64,000 nt of DNA from a virus. The position numbers were made by a program, and so were the translations under genes. A model generated the notes under the pieces. That model worked only from the letters and a program-made list of their open reading frames with translations, made no database searches and was not told the DNA's origin. The stretch lies in the IMG/VR virus record IMGVR_UViG_3300023174_000121, positions 1 to 64,000 of that record; one strand, given 5' to 3'. Below, in pieces: positions 1-10,374 of the stretch; position 1 is the stretch's first letter; each line of letters begins with the position of its first letter.

Positions 1-3000
1 CATTGATCTTTGCAACGTCACGCATAGTAAATCTCTTGTTTTTCAACAATTTGATTTGAACGTCTTTTGGTTGCGAAGGATAAGCTGGAACAATGATTTC
101 TGCTAATTCTAAAGTGTCAGGCTTTGTTGGTGGTGACAATGGAAGCTGATTTCCAGAACTTGCTGGAACACCATCATTGATACCAAATACACCGCGATTA
201 TTGATATAGACTTTTGAAACTCTACCTTTGTAGAAAATTAAGTCAGCACCAAAGTCAGAACCAGATTGTGGAACACGAAGACCAAATGTTGGAATTTGAT
301 ATGTTGCATCATCAATAGGATTCAATGAAGTGTTTGCAGTCTTGATTGGTCTAAAGTCGATACAATCTCTAAGATTATAAATCGTTTTTGTTGATGGGCT
401 TTCAAAAGATGGAATATTTGCTGTAGAAATTGTAGTGTTTGATGTAGTAACATCATTTACTGGATAAGAATCTACAGAGCAATAACCAACACCTTGTGAT
501 GTATCATGAACGAAGTTATTGAAAACAGCAAGCAATCTTCCAGTAGGAACATAACCAGTGATTGGTTTGATTGTTCCATGCTCATATGCATAATCTCTTT
601 GACCATTATCTAGAGTGTAATATGCTGTTACATTTGTGTTGCTTGTTGTTGCAGGAATTGAGAATGAAGATGATTGATAGACGCCTTGAAGACTATAAAT
701 GTCGCCGTATCCTAAGCCAAACGGTCCAGACAATCCATTTATATGCGTGTTTGGATTAATGTTCGCTTGTGTTTGATAGCTAAGAGTTTTAATTTTTTCT
801 CTTGCAGTACCGCGATCCATCGAAACAATAACGTCAGCTGTGAACGTAGCTGGTTCTTTTATATCAATTACTGCCGTTCCTGGTGATGTAACAGAAACAG
901 TTCTTGCTGCTCCAGATCCACCATTTGTCGAAAGAGACAATACGCTTCCAGTTGGAAGAACTTTTGTAATTGCATTTGCAGACGCACCAGTAGGATGAAC
1001 TGCAGTCAATGTCAAATATGTGGAGTTTGCAATAGATGCAATCGCTCTTGTTAGACCATTGATTTTAATAAAGTCGCCGACACTAAACTGTGTAGTGAAT
1101 GCTGTACTTGATCCAGAAACAATGTTTGATCCAGCACTAATTGTTGCAGTTCCGCTTAATGAAGTTGTCTCTACGTTAGCGCCAGCATTGTTAATGACTA
1201 CCATATAGTAATCATTCTTTTGTGCGCTATTTAAAGTTCCAGTTCCAACGAATGATTCAGTAACAACGTCTGTCGCAATTGTAGCAAGACCAGAACTAAA
1301 CGAAACGGAAAACTTCTTCTTAAATCTAAATGATGTTTCAACGTTTTGTGAAGTATCGCGAAGTGTTTTAATTGAAGAATATGGAAGTTTAAAGATCATC
1401 GAATTGAACGATGTTTCTTGTAAATTCGCTTGTCCGTTTGTTAAAATAACGTCCGCATATCTCTTTGGAGTTGCAACGTCATAAATCGAACGAACGTCTG
1501 CAAAAGACTTTCCATTCAACATTACGATTTCGTATAGGTACAAATAATAAACTGCATCAGCAGAACCTTTTGTTCCACTTACATATTCAATTGATCTTAC
1601 TCTTGCTTCACCAATCTTTGTACCCGTTACGGTTGCTGTAGCGCAAACTAAGTTTGTAACAACCTGTTGTGCTGTGTCATAAAGATCAACTTTAGTTGTC
1701 TCCATAACATCCCACGCACCAACCATTTCTTTTACTTCAACATATTGTCCATAGTTAACTTGCGTCTTTGTCTGTTGCACATATTGTGTATCAAGACCTT
1801 TTAGCAAATCAACTGGTGTCTTTGTAATGATTTGATTACGATATCCAGAAACATATGAAACAAAAGGATCTACTTCAACTAGCAATAGACTATTGTTTCC
1901 GCCTTCTGATGATGAATATCTTCCACCATTACTTGATTGTGATAGATGCTCGCGAACTGTAACGATTGGATCTGAGACTGTATAGTTTCCAGATTCTTCG
2001 TTTGTTCTTTTTGCTAGAACTTCTTCTAATTTATTTTCAACAGTTATTTCTTTTCTCTTTCTCGCAATGCCAGCATCAATTTCTGTCATTGTCATGAATT
2101 CATTTTCATCTGTTGTCGTATTCAATGCAACTTTAGTAAGAACTGTTTCAATCTTAAATCTATCTGCACCTGGCGCAAGATAGTTTGGAGTTCCTTGTGC
2201 ATTGTCTACTAGACTTGAATCGCCAATGTAATCAACAAATGTTTTATATGGTACTAATCCAACTTTATAAGATGGAGTATTAGTATACTTGTCAAGAATT
2301 AAAGTCTGACCAGTATGCTTAACGAAATGATCTGCCATCCAAACAATACCATTCGCTACGCTAATCTTTGAACCGTAGAGATAAACTCTTTCAGTAGCTA
2401 ATCCTTCGTCAACAACGTTTCTTGTTGCATTTAATGTTGCAGCACTTGCATATGCTCTACCAGTTGTAGCAGAGGTGAAGATTGTTTCAGAGTTTCCAAA
2501 AGTTGTATTTGCTCTATAATCATTGACTGCAGTAACGTTTAAGTATATAACTCCACCACCAGTTGCATTTGTGCTTGCAGTAGTTGCGGTTAATGTGCCG
2601 CTAGAGTTTGAAACGAAGATTTTATTGACACCGCTAATTGGATCGGTATAAAACGATTCAATAGTTGCTGTGTTACCAGTAGAAAATGTAATCGTATTTC
2701 CTGGCGACAATGATGTTGATGCAGCATTGACAGTTAGAACTTGTGTTCCAGATGTAGCATAGCTAATGAATAATGTCTTTGGATCAGTTCCTTCAATGTC
2801 TGATACTAATCCACAATATGCTTTAATACCACTAGTCGCACCATAGATGATGCTTCCATTGAAATTTTGTACATTTACAGTTCCACTATTATATGTGGAT
2901 TGCAATTTAACAAAACTCATCGCTAAGTCTAAGTTTTGTTCGCATCCATCAATTAAAGCGCCCTGCTTGAAGAAGTATTCAGCGAAACGCTTTGTTTGAA

Positions 3001-3151
3001 CTTGCTGAAGAGTCTGTGCTTGCGTGAGTTCTCTAGCCTGAACTGCACGTCCAGGTCTATAGAGAACTCTTACAAACTTCTTATCTTCATCATAATCATC
3101 AAAATATGGACTGGTATTAAAGTCAATACCACCAGGATTTGTATTAGCCAT
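1..3151 (-). CDS. Large virion structural protein, VrlC-like/DUF4815 (runs off the left edge)
   Basis: ATG at 3151 gives MANTNPGGIDFNTSPYFDDYDEDKKFVRVLYRPGRAVQARELTQAQ..., with APGADRFKI later. This is the hallmark N-terminus of the VrlC-like protein that follows gp8 in T4-like phages. Confidence 0.85.
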   Translation of the reverse strand, partial: MANTNPGGIDFNTSPYFDDYDEDKKFVRVLYRPGRAVQARELTQAQTLQQVQTKRFAEYFFKQGALIDGCEQNLDLAMSFVKLQSTYNSGTVNVQNFNGSIIYGATSGIKAYCGLVSDIEGTDPKTLFISYATSGTQVLTVNAASTSLSPGNTITFSTGNTATIESFYTDPISGVNKIFVSNSSGTLTATTASTNATGGGVIYLNVTAVNDYRANTTFGNSETIFTSATTGRAYASAATLNATRNVVDEGLATERVYLYGSKISVANGIVWMADHFVKHTGQTLILDKYTNTPSYKVGLVPYKTFVDYIGDSSLVDNAQGTPNYLAPGADRFKIETVLTKVALNTTTDENEFMTMTEIDAGIARKRKEITVENKLEEVLAKRTNEESGNYTVSDPIVTVREHLSQSSNGGRYSSSEGGNNSLLLVEVDPFVSYVSGYRNQIITKTPVDLLKGLDTQYVQQTKTQVNYGQYVEVKEMVGAWDVMETTKVDLYDTAQQVVTNLVCATATVTGTKIGEARVRSIEYVSGTKGSADAVYYLYLYEIVMLNGKSFADVRSIYDVATPKRYADVILTNGQANLQETSFNSMIFKLPYSSIKTLRDTSQNVETSFRFKKKFSVSFSSGLATIATDVVTESFVGTGTLNSAQKNDYYMVVINNAGANVETTSLSGTATISAGSNIVSGSSTAFTTQFSVGDFIKINGLTRAIASIANSTYLTLTAVHPTGASANAITKVLPTGSVLSLSTNGGSGAARTVSVTSPGTAVIDIKEPATFTADVIVSMDRGTAREKIKTLSYQTQANINPNTHINGLSGPFGLGYGDIYSLQGVYQSSSFSIPATTSNTNVTAYYTLDNGQRDYAYEHGTIKPITGYVPTGRLLAVFNNFVHDTSQGVGYCSVDSYPVNDVTTSNTTISTANIPSFESPSTKTIYNLRDCIDFRPIKTANTSLNPIDDATYQIPTFGLRVPQSGSDFGADLIFYKGRVSKVYINNRGVFGINDGVPASSGNQLPLSPPTKPDTLELAEIIVPAYPSQPKDVQIKLLKNKRFTMRDVAKIN

Positions 3152-3165
3152 TTAATCTTCTAAAA

Positions 3166-4443
3166 TTAGAACTGGATGATCAACTTAATGTCTTCGATTT
3201 GATCCGATGCTCTCGAAATAGGTACTCTATTTTCAACATAAAGAATGTCACCAGTGTAAGGCTGAAGTCCTGGAGTAGCGATTGCAGCAATTGTACCAGT
3301 TGCACCACCAGCACCAGTAACGGTTGCTCCGTTAGCAAACGCTAGATTGCCTGGTAGAGTTGTGTACAAGTATGGTGAAGTAAATTCTACTAGAGATGCT
3401 GTGTTCGATCCACTTGTGACTGTTTCATCTGAGTTGAATGTTCCAGAAACACCAGATAGCTGATATCTAAATGTCTGTCTATACGAAGATGCAACAGCAC
3501 GGGAAGATGTTCCATATGCAAATGGATCGCGAACAATACCAACCTGTCTAAATTCGTTAGCAGTTGTAATTGTATTCGATTCAGTTCCATCTAAACGAAC
3601 GTTTAGCATTACATATTTTCCACCCAACTCTTCGACTGCATTCGCACCGTGTCCGCCTTTTGGCGAAATGACTGCCGTAGCAGTAGCAGCACCAGATCCA
3701 AACGCAACGCTTGCTCTTGTATATCCAGTTCCTGGGTTTGTAATTGTTACTGCAGTAACAATACCACCAGCAATTGTTGAGTTAGCAGTAGCACCAGTTC
3801 CGTCACCTGTGATTGTTACTGAAGGTGCAGATCCGTATCCAGATCCACCAGCAGTTACTCTAACAACGTGAATACCACCATCTACTGCTGCAGCTTGAAC
3901 CGCCCACTGTGATTCTCCGCCATCGGCAGTTAATGTCTGAACAGGAATATATGATGTTGTCAAAAATTTAATTGCTTTAGCTGTTGTTACGGTGTACATG
4001 TATTTCCAAATGTATCCGTCAGCAGTAGTAAATGGTGATGTACTTGTTCCAGTTGGCTTTGTTGTGGATGCCGCACCATTAACGTTCCAGAGACACTTAT
4101 AAACGTTATACTCATCGGTAACAACGTAGAAATTATCCGATTCAATTAGATTTGTATCTTGATCATCATAATAAATGTAAACTGTACCAGAAGTCCAGTC
4201 ATATCTTGGAATTGCATGGGTAACGTCAGAACTTGTGATTCTCTTAACGCCAAACATGTCTCTCCATGGAGTATACTCTACGTTTGCGGTAGAGTTTACT
4301 GGAGTCGGTGGTGAGTTATCATTTGGAAATGCTGAATTTCTTCCGACGAACATATACATGATTGTATTCGACGTTTCGGAAAATGCTTCAACAAACTGTT
4401 CTGCATTATGAACTCTAAATTTGCTAGTTACGATTGATGGCAT
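3166..4443 (-). CDS. gp8: Baseplate wedge subunit gp8
   Basis: IVTSKFRVHNAEQF, IPRYDWTSGTVY, YNVYKCL, DGYIWKYMY and C-terminal RASDQIEDIKLIIQF motifs. Confidence 0.9.
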   Translation of the reverse strand: MPSIVTSKFRVHNAEQFVEAFSETSNTIMYMFVGRNSAFPNDNSPPTPVNSTANVEYTPWRDMFGVKRITSSDVTHAIPRYDWTSGTVYIYYDDQDTNLIESDNFYVVTDEYNVYKCLWNVNGAASTTKPTGTSTSPFTTADGYIWKYMYTVTTAKAIKFLTTSYIPVQTLTADGGESQWAVQAAAVDGGIHVVRVTAGGSGYGSAPSVTITGDGTGATANSTIAGGIVTAVTITNPGTGYTRASVAFGSGAATATAVISPKGGHGANAVEELGGKYVMLNVRLDGTESNTITTANEFRQVGIVRDPFAYGTSSRAVASSYRQTFRYQLSGVSGTFNSDETVTSGSNTASLVEFTSPYLYTTLPGNLAFANGATVTGAGGATGTIAAIATPGLQPYTGDILYVENRVPISRASDQIEDIKLIIQF

Positions 4444-4472
4444 TTAAGTGTCTCCTGTTGGATAATTTTATT

Positions 4473-4480
4473 TATTTATA
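4473..4480 (-). promoter_or_regulatory. T4-type late promoter (TATAAATA)
   Basis: Perfect TATAAATA on the minus strand about 30 nt upstream of the gp8 start. Confidence 0.8.
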
Positions 4481-4542
4481 AAAAATGTTCTACAATCTCA
4501 ATGCTTGAGAATCAAAATTGTGTGATTATTGAATATCATTAT

Positions 4543-7500
4543 TTAGATTGAAATTTTATATGCGTTTACGCCACTAAACGAATTCGTCGGGAATCTATCA
4601 ATAAACATCAATGTTGTATTTGCTACTGATGAGACTTTGAAGTATTCGTTGTTTGCTAAGAACACACTACCAGAACTAAAATCGCTCACAAAGTTAGTTC
4701 CAGAGCCAATTACTCCAGATTGTGAGTCACTAAACATTACGCTTGCGAGATTTGCAATTGGTGTGCTTGCAAACGAACTGATCGGAAAGTCGCCATAAGT
4801 TATATTTGCTGAAGATACTGTTCCAGCAATTTTAATATATTTATTTATTTCACTTTCAACTAAAATTTCAGTTAAAGGTTGTGTGCTAGGATCTAAGAAT
4901 GTATAACTTGAATAATCAGAAATCAATTGATCAGCTATATATCCAACTGTAACATCTTTGTATTTTGCAGTTCCATACACACCAATCGATTGTTTCGGAA
5001 CAATAATAGAAGTCGAACTAGTAGAATTAGACTGAAGATTATTATTGCTTTGATAAGAAACAGTTAAATTGCTTCTACTATACGATGATTGATTATCAGC
5101 ATTAGAAGATAGAATCTTAGTATATTGGACGCTATTGTATGAAGAACTATTATCAAATGATGACGATAGTTTGATTATCAAACTCGTTTGATTTGATGTA
5201 GAAATATCTAAAGGAGCATTTGTTGAAACAACAGTCATTGCACTCTGTTGCGCTACCAATGATGTATTAACAACATTAGGTAGTGTCTTTATATACTGAC
5301 TACTAATATAAGAGAATTGTGTAGCAACATTAGACTGAGGGACATATACAGTTAGTTTGGAATCAGTTGATGTTGTACCTTCAACAAGCAATGATCCAGT
5401 AGTGCTGAAAGACTTATTGATAATAGAAGATACTTGATTTGCAGAAACGCTAATCAATCTAGAGCCAGTCAATACTCCATAGTTGGAAGATGTTGCAAAA
5501 TCATTTCTTGAATATACATCAGAGAATCTTGTTCCTGAGAATTCAGATATTGTATTGCTTGAATAGAATGATATTGGTCTATCACCAATGTATACTTCAC
5601 CGTATGCTCCAGTAGTATGCTCAATGATAACTTTAGTGATTTCACGAATATACGCTTCTGGATCTGGTTGTAAAGTAGTTACTCCAATACTTGTCGTAAT
5701 AACAGATAGCTGTGTTTGATTTGTTATTGTTGTAGAAGTATTACTAGGAAGAATTCTAACATATTTTGTGTTTGTACTAGCGATTAAATCTTTAGGTGGT
5801 GTTTGAATTATAATCTTATATGATGTTGGCTTTGCAGCATCAGTTACACCAACCGAAAGAGCATAAAGAATTTGAGCAACGACTTTATTAATTCCAGCAC
5901 TACCATTTTCACCAACACCATTAGCGCCGCCAGATAGAATGAATGCTTCGACGTTAATATTATTGAGAATTTGAATCTCACCAAATGGCTGCAATCCTGC
6001 TGGGTGAATAATCTTCTTTAGAGTAGACGAATATTCAGCAAATGTTAATCCGCTCTTTATGACATAAGAATAATCTTGATAGTAATAAGAATCTTGAATG
6101 ATTTTGTAATCAATCTTTCCATCATCATTTAACCAGACACCATCTTTGATACCTAGACCAGAAATGATTGGAATTAGATTTGCATTACCGTCACCAACAG
6201 AAGAGACAGATGCATTTGCACTTGTGTAGTTTACACCAAAATTTGTCACTTCGACAGCACGAATAGAACCGATACCAGTTCTATTGTTTGCAGAGTCTAC
6301 CGAAACATTTGCGCTTGTGCCTTGAATTCCAGTAACGACTAGATTTGCACTTGAACCAGTTGTCGTAGAAATTGAAATCGACGGCAAATTCGCAGACGTA
6401 TATCCAGATCCAAAATTTGTTAGTTCTAATCTCTTAATTGGTCCCTTAACTTTCCAGTCTTCATTTTTAATAATATCGTAATAGCTTCCATCAGCTTTCA
6501 TCTGAGAGCCGTCTTCAAATAGAAGATCGAATGTCGTGCTTTCAACAACAGAAGCAATAATACCAGCAGCACTTGTGCCAGAGCCACCAGTAAATATTAG
6601 AGTATTACCAACGCCGTAATTTGTACCTGCATTTGAAATTGTAATTAATTTGTCTGTTAAAAGACCAGCAGAAGAAACTACAGAATCTTGTAACGTGATT
6701 GTAGGCTTTTTATAATACCCAGATCCGCGATTGATAATTGAGACTCTTGAGATTTCACCAAGAGTATATGTGTTTGCTCCAATCGTAGCTGTGTATGTAT
6801 TAGCTAATCCTGTGACGCGAACAATTAATCCAGTTCCACCAGAATCGGTGTTATTAATCGAAGCTGTAGTGTTTAATCTATAGCCATGTCCAATTGTGTT
6901 TACTCTTAACGCACTAATTGGAGATTGTTGAATCGAAGAAACTTTTGCTACAGCAGCATATCCGTCACCAGTAATTGTTACTGGACTATTTACTTGATAT
7001 CCTGAACCACCGTCAACAATTGTAAACCCAGAAACAATTCCATAAAGTGTTGCAAACAGATTATCATCATCTGTTGCTACAATTCTTTCACCAGCATTAA
7101 ATGTTCCGCTAACCAACTTGAGAGTCATTTCAGCGACTTCAATTGATCCTACGAAAAACTTTTTAATGTCTACAACGTTTGCAAGTGAACCAGAAGTTTG
7201 ACCAACAACTGTTTTATTAATGAATAAGAAAATATCTCTATTGTATGCAACGTTCGATAAGTCATATCCAAACGCTGTTGGCGTTGTTCGTATAACTTCT
7301 GTCTTTTCAAAGTTACCAGCAGAAACACGAAGAATGTCTGTACCTGGATAATAAAATTCAATCTCTTGATCATATAAAAGTCTAAACAAGAATCTATAAG
7401 ATTGTTCAGTACCTTTAGATTGAAAGAAATCTTTAAATTGTTTTGCGATTAATCGCTTGTTACCATAATACGAAGCAGGTAAACTTGGATACAATTCATC

Positions 7501-7911
7501 TTTCAAATAAGAAATATACTTATCGATTGATGTATCAATTTGTTTATAGTTTAAAACATTACCGGACGCTCTTACTACGTTATCTTTAATTCCGTATACG
7601 AAAGATGTTGCGTTAGATGTTTGACCAGTAATTGTTTCGTATTGGTCAAAGACTTTTCTTTCGCTTGTAACTCTTACAATTAAAGTTGTCGATGTTACTT
7701 GAATTACTTTTCCAGTAGCGCCACTTTCGCTACCAAGAATAGTTTCACCAACTTGAAATGTTCCAACTGTAGTGTTTAATGTGATTGTTGTAGTTTGCAA
7801 CCACTCATAATATGCTTCTAAAAAGAGTTGGAATCTTTCCGCATCAATAGAACTATTTTCGTTTACAAGCGTGTTAACGCTTAACGAAGGTTTAAAAAAT
7901 ACATCGTTCAT
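4543..7911 (-). CDS. gp7: Baseplate wedge initiator gp7-like
   Basis: FLEAYYEWL, FFQSKGTEQSYRFLFRLLY and IQDSYYYQDYSYVIKS...IHPAG motifs; lies between gp6 and gp8. Confidence 0.8.
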   Translation of the reverse strand: MNDVFFKPSLSVNTLVNENSSIDAERFQLFLEAYYEWLQTTTITLNTTVGTFQVGETILGSESGATGKVIQVTSTTLIVRVTSERKVFDQYETITGQTSNATSFVYGIKDNVVRASGNVLNYKQIDTSIDKYISYLKDELYPSLPASYYGNKRLIAKQFKDFFQSKGTEQSYRFLFRLLYDQEIEFYYPGTDILRVSAGNFEKTEVIRTTPTAFGYDLSNVAYNRDIFLFINKTVVGQTSGSLANVVDIKKFFVGSIEVAEMTLKLVSGTFNAGERIVATDDDNLFATLYGIVSGFTIVDGGSGYQVNSPVTITGDGYAAVAKVSSIQQSPISALRVNTIGHGYRLNTTASINNTDSGGTGLIVRVTGLANTYTATIGANTYTLGEISRVSIINRGSGYYKKPTITLQDSVVSSAGLLTDKLITISNAGTNYGVGNTLIFTGGSGTSAAGIIASVVESTTFDLLFEDGSQMKADGSYYDIIKNEDWKVKGPIKRLELTNFGSGYTSANLPSISISTTTGSSANLVVTGIQGTSANVSVDSANNRTGIGSIRAVEVTNFGVNYTSANASVSSVGDGNANLIPIISGLGIKDGVWLNDDGKIDYKIIQDSYYYQDYSYVIKSGLTFAEYSSTLKKIIHPAGLQPFGEIQILNNINVEAFILSGGANGVGENGSAGINKVVAQILYALSVGVTDAAKPTSYKIIIQTPPKDLIASTNTKYVRILPSNTSTTITNQTQLSVITTSIGVTTLQPDPEAYIREITKVIIEHTTGAYGEVYIGDRPISFYSSNTISEFSGTRFSDVYSRNDFATSSNYGVLTGSRLISVSANQVSSIINKSFSTTGSLLVEGTTSTDSKLTVYVPQSNVATQFSYISSQYIKTLPNVVNTSLVAQQSAMTVVSTNAPLDISTSNQTSLIIKLSSSFDNSSSYNSVQYTKILSSNADNQSSYSRSNLTVSYQSNNNLQSNSTSSTSIIVPKQSIGVYGTAKYKDVTVGYIADQLISDYSSYTFLDPSTQPLTEILVESEINKYIKIAGTVSSANITYGDFPISSFASTPIANLASVMFSDSQSGVIGSGTNFVSDFSSGSVFLANNEYFKVSSVANTTLMFIDRFPTNSFSGVNAYKISI

Positions 7912-7913
7912 TT

Positions 7914-9728
7914 TTATCTATTGACTAAACTTATGGTTTTATCGTCAATCATAGATACCGAAATATCTTCATCTCTAATTGCTACAATTTGATTTCTTAG
8001 CGGAAGAACATCTTTATCAGCAGGAACTGCAGTCAATTTTAATGTCGTTCCGCCATCTGTAAACGAAGTCGGTGCAAAGTTGCTTAACACAATTTTTCCA
8101 GTAACGTAATTGATTGTACCAGCATTGTTTTGTACACCTACATTATCTACACCAGAAACACGATAGATTCGAATCAATCCAGCATTGTCTTCAAGATAAC
8201 AATTTGAATACCCACCGTAAGAGAATTCATTTGATGTTAACTTATTACCAGCACCGTACGGATGTGTTGCAGTTCTCAATTCTGTAGTATTGTCTAACGA
8301 ATTAGAAAAACTAATTTCATATCTAGCACCAACGTTTAACTGAACATTCAATTCTTTTCTAATGCTCATTGTCGTAATGTTACTCAAAATTGATCTTTCG
8401 CATGTGTCAATCAATCTTGATAATTTTGAATATCTAAAATACTTTGAGAATTGATTAATGTCGCTTGTGTTATAATTTTTAATTGTTGTCGTTACAATTG
8501 TTTTGATGTCATCAGCAGTTAAAGAAGTGGAGTCAGAGTCATACTTTACGGTAGTGCTTAGAATCACATAGATATATTCTGGATCTACAATTTCTGTAGA
8601 TACTGTAAGAATCTTCTTTGGACCAATAATTGAATCGATTAGATTTAATTTTTCTGTTGCAGTTAAAACGCTTCCTATAACTGGCTTCACAGCAATAAAC
8701 ACTTTCCCATAGTATGGCGGATCATTATCTTCTCCACCCCATACAACGACAGAATCGACAGAACTTTGCTTTAATAGTAATGATCTATAATCGTCTGCTG
8801 TAATTGCTCTATTTTGTGCTTCGTATGCTTTTGGTGCATTGAACTTAATGCTATTTGTCGATTCTCTTGTGTTACCACCAGCTGCTGGACTTGATGCTGT
8901 AAATGCAATTCTTGTAACCCAAGAAATTGAACCAGAGTATGAAAGAGTCTGAATATCATTTGCTGCAGTTCCATTTGTAATTAGATACTCAAACACTACA
9001 ATGTTTCCATTATCTAATGCAACACCAAATGTACCGTCACCAAATCGAACTTCAAATTGACCATCCTCAACTTCTTCTAAAAAGTAAACTCTAGATGTTG
9101 AAGTCACTTCAACTAAATTTTCTGGTCTTATAAATGTTCTTGATGTACTATCTGTCGAAGAGTTTAAAACTCTTACAGACAACGTTGTTGTGTCTACGTT
9201 GTAGTTCGGTATTAAAAATCTCTGTTGTGTATCAGAAGTATTGACAGTATATCGTCTTGTCAATAAACTACCTTCGACAAGATTAATTGTTCCAGTATAT
9301 CCGTCTGCTGAATAAACGATTGAAGACTCTGTATTTAAGAATGTGTATGTCTTTCCATCAATTGAACCAGAGAATGTAGTGTAAGTTGGAATCGTCACAC
9401 TTACTGGACTTCCTGTTACGCTTAATGTTACAGTTCCAGAAATTGTTGCAGCACTTGTTGATCTAGGAGTATAGTTTAAAGACTTAGCTAGATTGACAAC
9501 TGAGTTTCTTTTTTGTGCTGTCGAAAGAAATGCTTCCGACGAAACCATGTTCAAATAGAAAGAATTGTAATATGTGTTGTATGCTAGTAAGTCTAGCAGA
9601 ACACTCATTCCAGAACCGTCAAAATTATAATCTCTAAATTCGTCTTGGTTTCTTAGATAATTAATGAAATTACTTTTGATTCCATTAAAATCTAATTCAT
9701 CTACTTTTAGATTATTATCTGAAGCCAT
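7914..9728 (-). CDS. gp6: Baseplate wedge subunit gp6
   Basis: ELDFNGIKSNF, DYNFDGSGMSVLLDLLAYNTYYN, AQNRAITADDY and VWGGEDNDPPYYGKVFI. Confidence 0.95.
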   Translation of the reverse strand: MASDNNLKVDELDFNGIKSNFINYLRNQDEFRDYNFDGSGMSVLLDLLAYNTYYNSFYLNMVSSEAFLSTAQKRNSVVNLAKSLNYTPRSTSAATISGTVTLSVTGSPVSVTIPTYTTFSGSIDGKTYTFLNTESSIVYSADGYTGTINLVEGSLLTRRYTVNTSDTQQRFLIPNYNVDTTTLSVRVLNSSTDSTSRTFIRPENLVEVTSTSRVYFLEEVEDGQFEVRFGDGTFGVALDNGNIVVFEYLITNGTAANDIQTLSYSGSISWVTRIAFTASSPAAGGNTRESTNSIKFNAPKAYEAQNRAITADDYRSLLLKQSSVDSVVVWGGEDNDPPYYGKVFIAVKPVIGSVLTATEKLNLIDSIIGPKKILTVSTEIVDPEYIYVILSTTVKYDSDSTSLTADDIKTIVTTTIKNYNTSDINQFSKYFRYSKLSRLIDTCERSILSNITTMSIRKELNVQLNVGARYEISFSNSLDNTTELRTATHPYGAGNKLTSNEFSYGGYSNCYLEDNAGLIRIYRVSGVDNVGVQNNAGTINYVTGKIVLSNFAPTSFTDGGTTLKLTAVPADKDVLPLRNQIVAIRDEDISVSMIDDKTISLVNR

Positions 9729-9729
9729 T

Positions 9730-10113
9730 TTACGCTGACCTTGAAATTGTTGTTTCTAAAGTTGAAGTCGAGCCAACATTATTGATAGTATAACTCATAT
9801 TCAATGTGATGCCATGATCTTCAATTTTAACATCAACGTTTTTCAAAGTAACTCTAGGCTCAAATCTTTTAATCGTGCTCGATATACTCTCTTTTATATT
9901 ATGTACTGTAAATGCTGAGTTTGGTTCAAATAAAAAATTAAAAATCGTGCTTCCGTATTCTGGATAAAACGGTCGGCTACCTTTTTTTGTTAATAATAGA
10001 TTTAACAATGATCTACGAATCGCTGCCTCATTTATGATTGGACGAACGTCTCCACTCACAGGGTGAGGAATAAAATCTAACGGTAAATCTTTAAAAAAAG
10101 TTATAGTAGCCAT
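9730..10113 (-). CDS. gp25: Baseplate wedge subunit gp25
   Basis: AIRRSLLNLLLTKKGSRPFYPEYGS...FEPRV (GPW/gp25 family). Confidence 0.93.
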   Translation of the reverse strand: MATITFFKDLPLDFIPHPVSGDVRPIINEAAIRRSLLNLLLTKKGSRPFYPEYGSTIFNFLFEPNSAFTVHNIKESISSTIKRFEPRVTLKNVDVKIEDHGITLNMSYTINNVGSTSTLETTISRSA

Positions 10114-10122
10114 ATAACATAT

Positions 10123-10308
10123 TTATGCTACTTTTTCCACAACCTTTGCTTCTTGAATCTCTTTTCTACGCTCTTTTGCTAATTTTGAGAATTCAGCTAA
10201 TGCTTTTCTTGCTCTTGTACCAGCAGCTTTGTTTCCTTTCTCTTCAAACTTTTGATTTTCTGATACATAAGTTTCGAAGATGCTTAATAGATTATCGTGA
10301 TTCGTCAT
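10123..10308 (-). CDS. Hc1-like small basic (histone H1-like) protein
   Basis: KFEEKGNKAAGTRARKALAEFSKLAKERRKEIQE matches the Hc1 family signature. Confidence 0.75.
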   Translation of the reverse strand: MTNHDNLLSIFETYVSENQKFEEKGNKAAGTRARKALAEFSKLAKERRKEIQEAKVVEKVA

Positions 10309-10331
10309 GTGGTAATATTCCTATATTTAAT

Positions 10332-10360
10332 TTGACAAAGTGCTTGACAAGTGCTAATAT
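10332..10360 (+). promoter_or_regulatory. Putative sigma70 promoter, antisense to the baseplate operon
   Basis: TTGACA-17nt-TAATAT with an extended TG; the TTGACAA(A)GTGC unit is duplicated. Confidence 0.4.
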
Positions 10361-10374
10361 CAGTGTGTTGACCG

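Noticed and set aside
571-1208. Short plus-strand ORFs
   Set aside because: Antisense shadows of the VrlC-like gene.
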